This document shows positions 25,801 through 37,800 of a stretch of DNA of 64,000 nucleotides, in pieces. The first letter of the stretch is position 1. The number at the start of each line of letters is the position of its first letter. The position numbers and the translations under genes are program-made. Origin of the DNA: Antedon mediterranea. Taxonomy: Eukaryota > Animalia > Echinodermata. The stretch lies in assembly GCF_964355755.1 (NCBI RefSeq), contig NC_092673.1, positions 15,720,948-15,784,947 on the forward strand. The letters run 5' to 3'. The notes under the pieces were generated by a model, which was not told where the DNA came from, did not search any database, and saw nothing but the letters and a program-made list of their open reading frames with translations.

Positions 25801-28800
25801 ATTAAATATACATTAATATAAACAAGACCGTACTTATTACTCATCTCATGTTTTTAATGCATTAAGAATGTTTGATTTGTTACAGAAATGTAGTATGAAG
25901 CCAAATATTCACTTTCAAATTTTCTCTTGTATATATCATTGTTGGTTATTTTTTTGCCAGTATCAGAGGTTACAAGACCATCTATTGTAAGTCGGTACTA
26001 TAATACCCATATGGGAGGAGTTGACTTAATTGATGCTTGCATTGCCAGATACAAATATCACATCATTTCAAAGCGTTGGTATCTGTATTTGTTTTGGCAA
26101 GGTGTGTACATCGCCCTTGTGAATGCTTGGCTTCTATATCGCCAGGAATGCAAAGAAGTAGGCGTTGCAAAGAACTCAATTTTGAATCAAAGGAAGTTTC
26201 AAGCAATAGTTGCACAAACACTCATTCAAATAAACACTAAAAAACCAGGCAGACCATCAACTCCAGTTGCAGCTAATATTCAACCTGTAAAGCGTCAACA
26301 AAAACGCCCACTTGCAAATGACGATGTAAGGTTGGATGAGGTTGCCCATTGGCCACTAAAAGATGAAAAACGCCGTCGTTGTGCTATCTGTAAAGTCAAC
26401 AAGACAGATACAACATGTGAAAAATGCAAAGTAGCTCTTTGCTTTACAGAGAAGAGGAATTGCTTTAGAGAATACCACAAAAATAGACTTTTCATAATTG
26501 TATCAATACAATTATAACAATAGAACAATCACAATTTTTGTTTATTAATGAGAATTTGGATGTGTGAAATTGTAAATAGCATAACAAATCTTTTTACTGA
26601 AGCTTATGATGTGATTTTCTGATCTTTTTTTGGAAATGTCAATAAATATTTTGCTGTTTAAAAAAATGATTTTTTTGTCTATTATAACCCATTGGGACAT
26701 ATATGACCTATTACCCAAAACAGGGTCAAAGGTCAAAAGGGCTCAAATTAACATATGGAACTGATTCATGTATGTGTAATAAGTAATAAAAACCTGGTGA
26801 ATATTTTTTATTAACAATAAAATTATATTTGGGCCTTGATGGGTTAAGGGAGCACTACATGACCTACAAATAAGTGTCCCCTTAATAGAAGTACATCCTA
26901 AATAGCGATGAGCCATAGTGTTAAAGATATATTGCCCCCTTGAATTTTTTTTTTATGTTTTTGTATGCCATTTTAATGTCACATAATAGTTCAAATTGAC
27001 CAAAACCAAAAATTGGATAAAAAAATAGTCCAGGTGACTGGAAGTCAATGGGCTTTTGGTTGAATTATAACAATTTTTTCTACGAATTTGATTCTCCTTA
27101 ATTTATTTCATAACACCTTTTCAAATTACTGTCGTTTGGTAATTTTTAATAGCACCCTCTATTGAATCGATTGATGCGATGGAAATATATTACACTACAA
27201 ATTAAATCTGATCTGAACAGGAACTTTTATAGTAGAGAGCCCTCTATTGTTTAAAAGTAACAATTCACATTTTTCTCGTAGGCATACTTTTTTTTTTCTT
27301 TTTGTGGCTGGCATGCACAATTTTTATTCAATTTCATTTATTAATATCATGTATCTGATGCATAATAAAATGATTTTACATAATAAATACATAATTATAA
27401 TCATTTACTTATTTATTGACACTATTCATAATAATTTTTAAATTTTAAATGTTTTAAGAAAAAGTATAGAAGTTTAAAAAGATAGGCATCAACAAATATA
27501 AATACAGACATACTTTGAACACATACTTTTTATATATTCAACATCAGGTTATCATATTAATGTAATGTTTCCCATTATTATACCTTTTTAATTAACAATG
27601 AGTTCAGCAAAGTTAATGTGCCCCAAAATGATTAGAAATAAGTTTTGCTTGAGTTAATATTAACTCAAGCAAAACTTATTTCTAATCATTTTGGGGCACA
27701 TTAACTTTGCTGAACTCAGCAAATAGTGGTGATATGAGTTACATATGCTAATCAAATTAGAAATTTATGTTATAAGGCAAGAGGTCATAACATTAAATGT
27801 TATGACCTCTTGCCTTATAACATAAATTTCTAATTTGATTAGCATATGTAACTCATATCACCACTATTCAGTTTGTACTATGAAACATTATGAATATAAT
27901 GTTTCCATTTGAAATATTATATTTTTATTATTATACTGTATAAAGAAACTATATTTTATAGGTTCATAAAGAGCACAGCCCAGTATAATTTTACTCATCT
28001 AGACAATTTAATAGATGTTTTATGGCAGAATGACCTTCGACCTGGATTTGAGTTAATGGGAAACCCATCAAATGTTTATAATGACTTTGAGAACAAGACT
28101 CAAGTATACATGTGGAAGGACTTGGTACAAACTCTTGCAAAACGTTATATAGGTAACATTTATGTAATGTAACAAGTAAGAAGAAATAGATGGGTGGAAG
28201 TAACAATAGATAAAATGTGAAAGGACAATATATTTATTTATTTGTTGACCATTGCACCTTTGAATCGGTGCCTCTCACAATATGCAGTGCGGTCTAAGAA
28301 ACAACACAGAGCAGAACATATTGAAAAATAAAAAGACATGACTAAACTAAATTATAACTAAAACTATGGAAAACTCAATAGATTATAGATAAAGAAATAG
28401 ATGACACTCTACAATATACATACCAGTCCTACTAAACACCACACCCATTATACAGTGCACACAAATATATACATACGCCCGTATTCTTAAACCGGACTTT
28501 AGTCGTAGTTCGAGCTAAAACTAAAAAAAATACGTCACTTTAATTCATAAACCGAACTTCAACTAAATCACCGACTAATTCAGGCCAACCTCGACTAAAT
28601 CGAGACGGATTTTCATCGATTTTTTTAGTCCTGGAGGGGGCAGGCTAAATGGTCGACTAAATGGTTTTTAAACGATGTTTATGAAAAACGTAACAGTCAT
28701 TGAGTTGTTATATTGGCCAGATATTGAAGAATGAAATATCTATTTTTATATTAGCTTAATTAAATATACATTGGTATATGTTATAATAATGAAAATCATC

Positions 28801-31800
28801 TTTATTTACAACTGTATACAAATTACATTATTTTCTTTGGGCAAGTCCGACTTGATCTACGTCATGCCATAGCGACAATGGCAGATGCGGCAATTCACCA
28901 CGCGATGGAATGTTTAGGGGGCCTAGCGCTTTCTTGTCACGCTATGAAGTGCGTGGTTCGTCGCGATCATACTTTGTTGGAGGCCTAGAAAATATGAAAG
29001 TTACCGTACCGCCATGGTTCCTAAATATATTTTGAAGATTTTGTTTGTTGTTAATCAAAAGTACTTCACTGTTAAATTAATACTGATCTTGTTCTAATAA
29101 TTAACGATTAAAATTATTTTTCATGTATAGTCCTGATGCGTAAAAAGTGTTGTAAGAAAATGGAAAGTGATATCAATGCGCAAAATTTCGTCTGCTCCTC
29201 AAATACTCTCTTGTCATTGGCCAATGTATAGCCTTTGTTACCCAGACGTGTGCAACTCGACTAAAAGCTCGACTTCATTAAGTCGAACTGCAAACTTCGA
29301 CTACTTTGTTTTTGAATCGAATTTGAAGTAATAGCTCGAACTACGACTTTTTCAAGTCGAACTTCGAACTACGACTAAAGTCCGGTTTAAGAATACGGGC
29401 GATAGTATTGAAAATCTAAGTTAGGATGCCATGCACTTTTAGTACTCCAGAGGGAAATATTTAGATGGTTAGGTTCAGACGTTATATCAGGAAATCTCAC
29501 TCTTCCCATTTATATTTAGGAGTGGGTGATATTGTTTGTATAATATGATAACACAAATTTATTTGTTTTATTCTCAGATATTTATGGTTTAGGTTATGTT
29601 CAAAACTGGAATTTTGAGACTTGGAATGAGCCTGATCACAAAGATTTTGACGGCCTAAATATCACATTTCAAGGTAACAATCTTATAAACAAAGTAAGAT
29701 GTCTGATGAAAAATACAGAGTTTGATATATGAAGTGATATGATGAGTTGAACCAATAGTTCCTCAATCATTGTTCTTGTTTAACAAATAATTAGAAAACA
29801 ATAAATTTAAAAAATGGATAACCAACTGGAAAACAAGGAAAAAATGTTACATGATTAATTTTTTCTAAGCAGCTTTTTGTCTAGACTGGATTTCATCAAA
29901 ATAAAAAACAAATCCCATAAATGCATAAGAATGCCTTTTCAATTTAAAATTGTTTATCTCTATCCATTAGAATCCCTAACCTAAGATATGATTACCCAAG
30001 ATTGCACACCATGGCAATAAAATGTTCTATAAGAAGATTATAGGCTATCATGTTACTAATACAAGGCCATATTTTAATGTAATAATTATGGATGATTCCC
30101 ATCATATTCTTAGTTCAAGAGACATTTTTATTTTTGTTGTTGCATTGAACTTACATTGAACTTAATTTCAAGATCAATTCGGTGGTGTTTTTTTTTTAGG
30201 ATATCGCGATGTTTATGAGCAAATATAATGTTTGAACTTTTAATAACCTTGGTTGCTTCCTACCGCGCTCAGCCTTTCGGCATAATTCTCATCATGTGTA
30301 CACTATTAATTTTTCGAGAAATGAAAAGTTTCCTTCATTGGGCGATGCAAGCAGATTATCTGATTGGCCAGATCATTATGCATCATGTTTAATTGATTTA
30401 TAATTGTGGGAATCGTTTATACTGTACTAAATTTACGCTGACTGACCTGGGTAAAAATATTATGTACCTTTTTTCATATTGTATTTAAATGTGTTTGTCT
30501 AGAATCAAATTTTAATATTATATTAATAATCTAAATGTATTGTTAGTTTGTTCTGTACAGTATGTAAATTTGTTATTTTTAGAAATTTACATCTTTAATA
30601 TTTAATGAACTTTTAAATGGAATTTTATAGTTTTATATCAGAATGAAATTTGGTGCAATTCAGATTGTTCTGCAATGCCACTTATTTTTTTTATTAAACC
30701 AGAATTGAATTGAAAAAAAAAACCGTTTGAACTCATCCATTTATTTCGGACTTCATATCCATAGAATAAACAAAATTAACAAAAGTTTCTCAATATCAAT
30801 GGTCAACAAAACAAAACAGTTATTATCGTGTTTTATAACACACCTGACTGTATTCTTGGAATGTGATTGATCAATTACACCTCGCATGCTTTTTGAAAAA
30901 ATTTGGGAATTTTTGCCAGTCGGTCCTCACAGAATCAGCTGCCCAATGTCCCATGGCAACCAACAATTGACACTGGGCAGCTAAATTTAAAAAGACCTGT
31001 TGCGACAGGGAACCGTAATAAAATCCCAAAAAAATATACTCCTTACAACTAAGAGGAAAATAAAAAAAAGAGAGGACAACCAAATTGTAGACCTTTAGTT
31101 GGCAATTCATTTTTTTTTCCAAGAGTACTGTTTAGATTTTGGATAATCAAGCATACTAGTTATCAATAACAGACATTATATAAAAAATAATTATGAATAA
31201 ATTGAAATTATCAAACAAGAATCTTGCCAAAATAAGGAAATAAGTATAAATATTCACTTTAATGTTCATTTATTATAACTATAGCTAATAGCTAAATCCT
31301 TTATGTATATTTAAAAATAATTTAGCTGAAATTAGGACTCGTTATTACTCTCTACTAACGAGTCTAAATTACTATTGCATAATATCTTGATCTGTTTGAC
31401 GTTTTGCCAATTTATTTTATATCCTGTTGATTTGTTCATGAATCTTTGTTCGATTTCGAGCGCCGATATTTTGACAATCAGCTTAATTTTCAGTCATCAT
31501 CACTCTTCTCGTAGTTACTCTTCCGTAAAGATTACTGTTATCACTTCATATTAAATACTGTATGTATTAAATAACTTTTAATTTGTATTTTGTCGGTAAG
31601 AGTCAGAGATCTGACTATTAATCATTTTGTTTCATGTACCTGTACTACTCTCTGTACTTTATTCTTGAAGTTATGCTTAAACAAATTATTTAAAATATTT
31701 ATGGAGCCAATTTTGATGAAAATATAAAAGGTCAATTTGACATCCATTGGGTCATTGGAATTATATAAAAAATGATTTGTATTATAAACATTTGAGATTA

Positions 31801-34800
31801 CTATATTTTGGTACCAAAGAATATGAAACATTTAAAATTAATAAATTATATTATTATTAATCAACCTTTACAAAATCCATTTGAATATTTAAATATTATT
31901 AATTATTTTTATTATTGAATAATGTGTCAATGTTTTTTTTTCTCTTTTTGCATAAAGCCTGCTTCAGTGTTTTTGTATTAGACTGCCCTCTTGCTGGAGA
32001 CACATTCAACATTATAATTCTGTTTTATTATAAATTAATCTTTCTTAGTGTTTTTATCATGCCATAAATATTGTCCATTTCAATATTGTCTAATTTCATT
32101 TTAAAGGCTACATTTTCAATTTGATTTAATTTTATGATTTGAAGAAAACCGTGTCAATTGTTTAGCTACAGCTTGCTAATTCATAATATACTTCTGTATT
32201 TAATGTCAATTTTTGCAGTGGATGTGATCAGTATTTTTCTATCAGCAATTTGGATTATACGCTTCATAATAGTTTGAGCATTAATATCAAATAAAAAAAT
32301 AGTTCATGAATTCACATCACATGTTAGGTTGTAGCTAATTACATTGGCTGTTTCATAATTATTCATGTAAGAAAATAATGTTCTAATTATATTCATGGGT
32401 GAACTATGTATAGCTGGAGTTATCATACAACAATGAATCACATTAAACAATGGTAAATACATGAAAAGATATTAATATTATTTATTAAAATCCAAGACAC
32501 CTGTTACAAAAGAGAATGCATCGTTTTTAATAATGCTATTCATTTCTTTATTAGCGTTGTCATTAGAACTAAAGATACTACGTTTAGACACCTGTTTTTA
32601 CAACATGCTTATGGGCACACACAATTCAAAGAATTTGTTTTGTTAAATGTACACTAAGTGTATACTGTTTTCACCTGTCTTTGTTCAGTATCTTTCAACA
32701 TATATAAGCTCTGTCTACACTATCAAACTAGTTTCACATGGAAGTTTGATGTGATGATATACCCAAATATGGTAGTGATATGACATCATCATGTTCATAT
32801 ATGGGCACATCACATTTTTTTGTCAAATAAAGTTTGATAGTGTAGACAGAGCTTTATAGATTTATTAAAATCCAAGGCACAAAGGCACCTGTTACATATA
32901 TCTGCTAATGTTTTCACCTGTCTTTGTTCAGTATCTTTCAACATATATCTGCTAATGTTAAGCTCTGTCTACACTATCAAACTACTGTAGTTTCACATGG
33001 AAGTTTGATGTGATGATATACCCAAATATGGTAGTGATATGACATCATCATGTTCATACAGTATATGGGCACATCACATTTTGTAGTCAAATAAAGTTTG
33101 ATAGTGCAGACACAGAGCTTTATAGATTTAGATTGAAAAAACTTATTGTCATATAATATCAAACTTGGTTCCCACTAGGACTTAATGCAAGAACATAATT
33201 GCAGCGCAATTTAATTGACCAATCGTAACATAACGTAGTAATCCATAGATATAATTGTGAATTACTAATTATAGAAATTTATAATTTGTATGTATCATAA
33301 GATACAGAATTTGTTAATTTAAAGTTTTATTATTATTTCATTCTTTTTCATAATTTGTAGGTTTTATGAATTATTATGATGCATGTTCAGAGGGTTTAAA
33401 GATGGCTGACCCATCGCTGATATTTGGTGGTCCCGGCGCAGCCTGTCGAGATGAGTCGTTTTCAAAGATCTGCTGGGGGTTACTTGATCATTGTGATAAT
33501 GGTACTAATTACTTCACTGGAGAAACTGGTGTCAGACTTGATTTTATCTCTTTCCATCACAAGGTAAAAGTTTATTGTTTAAAGATGTATTTTGCCCCAA
33601 AAACATAAAAATTGTTAATATTATACTTTGAATAGGCCATTCTATAGTTTTGATCAAGTTAATCACTTCCATAAAAAAATGTTTTTACTTATAAAAAGAC
33701 AAATAAAAATGTATTGGCTTGCAGCCAGAATTAGACAATTTTTTTTATACTATTTTCATATCTGAATAATGTAACAAGTTGCAACCAGGTTGCATAGTGT
33801 GAATACAATGGAAAGTCTCCCAAGATTTTACATCGGTAAAAAACACAACGATGAAAGGTCTGTTTTTGATCTGCGATATCCTAGTCTGTTACTACATGTG
33901 AACGTGTATTGTCCTTGTATTAATCTGACTAATCATAATAATTAAATAGTGCACAACTATGCTTTCTTTTGAGAACAAGGTTCGCATAAATGTGTGTGAA
34001 AACCTGTAATACGTTGGGAGGTAAAATCTAGACATCTTTAATACAAGTTTAAACAATTTATGCAGATGTGAAAATGGAAATTGTAGGTTGAACTCTAAAC
34101 CCAAAATAAGATAATAATAATACTTAACGAAAAAACTTGCATTAATTTATTATATTAATTAAAGTTTACCACCATTCAAATATTAGTTACACATTTAATT
34201 TTCTATTGTCTGCCAATCGAATACGCAAAATGTATTTTGTATATAACCCAGTGTATACACATTGGCACCATAGCAGACATCTTAGACTAACATTAACTTC
34301 TTGAAAGGAAAACAAGTTTATAATAAATAATAGACCGTGAAATAAATTCTGACATGTTGCAAATCTAAGACCCCCTGTATGCAATTTAAATTTAACAGAT
34401 GTTTTCAAATGTACACACTGAATTGATCAATTTACCACTAGGCTAAATTTAATCATAAATGAGGATCACTTCAGTGTACAAACTTCAATGAATAAAGCCT
34501 TTAGCATTTAACAACAAAAATATGAATTAAATTTAATTTATCAGCTTTTTACATTCACTGCCACTGGACCATACTACTGTATTAAGTGACTTAGAAACGT
34601 TTGTGAAAATTAATTAATTTACGAGATGATACACCGTAAAAAGATCTTACTTTGCATTTATAAAGCTTAATTTATGATGCAGTACACGGTAAAAAGATAT
34701 TACTTTCTTTTTTTCCTTTTCTCTTTTTAACTATTGTGTTTTATTTGATTTGGCAAAATATAAAATAACACTAATGACTTTTACTGTAGAATTAGTGATT

Positions 34801-37800
34801 AAAATAAATTCATATGTTTTTAAATTTTATTATGAAACTTTATTGTAAATGCGTTAAATTAAATTGACAGGGCAAAGGTCATTCAACGTATATTTTAGAA
34901 ACTGAGATGGAGACCATTACAAAGATACATAATCTGCATCCATCGTTTAAAGACAAACCTATAGTTAACGAGTAAGTAATTTGAATTATTATTACTTTAC
35001 TAACCCCAGTCTTCACATCGAAGGCGAGATTCTACCCGAGAACATCCTTAAAAAGATTGTTAGAACGGTGGTTGACGACCAGGCGTAATCTTTTTTAGGC
35101 CTAATCATAACAGATTTGATTTATAAACCAGACAGTGTCTGACATCAGTAGTCTGTTGTCAGTTTAACGAGTTAAGGGATCAAGGAATATTCACTGAGCA
35201 TTGAATCTGAATCCACCTACTTGTCAATATGGTATTACATGGATCAATAGTGTCCTAAGAGGCCTCAACTATTCACAAGGCAGTTAATTCAAAGTTGTGG
35301 TCAATATAGCAACATTATTGTTCCTAGAGACTTGTCTATTTACAAGGCAGGTGAATCACACACTTATATCAATACACTGTAACATTACATGGATTAAAGG
35401 TATTCTATTCAAGGCAGCAGTCTTATTTGGTTAATTCAGTACTTATACACAAATATGTTTTTTGTGACAAATTGGTGTTGAAAATAAACTAATTAATGAT
35501 GCGTATACAGAAATATCAAAGGAATGAATTTTAATTAAATTGATGCCTTAAATAGAACAAAAAAGATTTACAGTATCTAAATAAAATGATGTGGGATTTA
35601 ACATTTTGTTTATGAGCATTTAGAATATCATTATAACTTTGTTTTGTTTTTAATTAATTAATTTGTACTACATAGTTTTGTTTTTTTTTGTGTTTTTCTA
35701 TTGTATAATAATGATGGAGTAAGAGCAGTTTTCTGTTTGGGCTCATGCCTATTACTTGCTCCTGGCAAGATGAATTGTAAAACGTACATTTAAGAATTTT
35801 TACCGAATAAATATTATTAATAAATATTATTATTATTTGCTCATTCCAACTAAACCTCATTTTGATACTGGTTGGTTGCTTTAACTAAAATTATTTTGTT
35901 TGTTTTGTTAAAATGTGTATTCGTATTCGCATGAGAAAAAGTTTTTGTTTTATTTCAGTGAGGCAGACCCATTGGTAGGTTGGAGCAAACCTGAATGGTG
36001 GCGTGCTGATGCCACATATGCAGCCATTGTTGCAAAGGTAGTTATCTAGTAGTCAGACAGCTGTCATTTGGGTGCTTAGCTTGGTGTTTAGTGTCTTTTT
36101 GTTCTCTTCCTTTTGGTTTCTCTTCTTTCTCTTCATTGTCGAGCGCATAGAGACATCGTTTATTTGCGCTATATAAATCTATCTATTATTATTATCATTA
36201 TTGGTCTTTTGACAGACATATCGCCATCATTATCATCATCATATTTATATCGTTATCTGCATCGTCATGCTATTATTATTCATAATAGTCATTACCGTAG
36301 TTCCTAGGGTATAATCCCACCTCGGGTATAATCCCACCCCCGACTTTACGATCACCTTCACACACAAGCATATCCCCGGGCAAAGTCCCAGTGTATAGTT
36401 TAACATTAGGACAGAGTAGGCCTAGACATTTTAATGGCTGTTAACATCATCACAGTCGGTGGCGGCACGCGGTGTTTCGATTTTTGTAAGCTACGTTTTT
36501 CGAGATTGTTATACTGTACGTATGAAACGCAATATGTACCAAATGGGAGAAATTTGTAAAAAAAGTGCGTTTTAGGGGTTTTATCATGTTTATCATAGTC
36601 AATCTATTGACTAATGGCTTTATATATTGGTCGGTTCGTTGCGCGTTAGTTAAAGTGTGCATAACTTCTGCGTAATGTCGCGCTCATACGCAATTGAATG
36701 TGTAAAGTTGAAAAAACAACGAGTCCATTGTTTGATCTAGGCTAATCTAGGCCTACTTCGAAAGTTGTTTTTTCGTACGAATTTTATAGTTTTGCAGTTC
36801 AAATTGTGGTTATCATGCCGAAGAGAAGAAAATGCTGGACTGTTGAAGAGAAAGTGAGAATAGTAGAGTGGCACAGGAAACATGAAAACAACCAGTCTCT
36901 GACCGCAGAGGAATTTGGGGCCTGCAGAAAGTCTATACGCGAATGGAATCAAAATTATGAAAACCTACTGCAGCTCAGTGCCGGCACTTCAACAAAAAAA
37001 ATGAAGAAAGTTCATGATGGATGTGAACCATTAAGTTCTGAGGTGGACACGCGTGTATTTGTATTTTTAGAAGAAATGAGAGAGGAAGGACGTACAGTCA
37101 CCAATTACCGGTTACGGTCATATGCCCGTGAGTGCGCTGCAAATTTACATTTGCAGAACTTTAAAGCTCAGGTACAGGCATGAAGTTTAAATATAATATT
37201 TGGTTAATTGTACATAAATCAAATATTTGTAACAGAAATCAAGAGGAAAAATATGAATTTCCCCCTTGTTATGGTTCCATAAAAACCAGGAAGACTTTTT
37301 TTCAGTAGTTAGGTAGTTAACCTAATGTAATAACATGTCTGGTGACTCCCTAGCAGGTGAAAAAAGATGGTAGATATACGGTGGATAATTTTTGCTATAG
37401 CATGAAAATAAAAATCTGAAGTTGAATAAAAATACCAGAAATGTAATATTCAAGTTATATTACCTATTTTAGTCATCTGATAACATTTTTTACCACACCG
37501 TTTATTTTTCATAGCTTTTTAAAATGCCTCTCTATTTACAAAATTTGTGTACAAAAGAATAGAGATTTTACTGCGTAATTTGAACTATCCCCCCCACTGA
37601 TAAGAAAGTGCTTATTTTCAACAAGCTCGTGTAACACAAAGAAAATCCCAAAAATTATGAAACATAGGGGAAACTATAGATCGATAATTATTGGAATGTA
37701 TGATCAATAGAAATTTTTTGCCAGCACCTGGCCTTTAACGTTTCCAATGGATGGCTCCATCGATGGAAGAAACGTTTTAATGTAGGAATGCGTCGGGGCA

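Noticed and set aside
23464-27961. Nested SLC26A1-like gene as in human IDUA intron 2
   Set aside because: No sulfate-transporter/STAS-like coding sequence seen on either strand.
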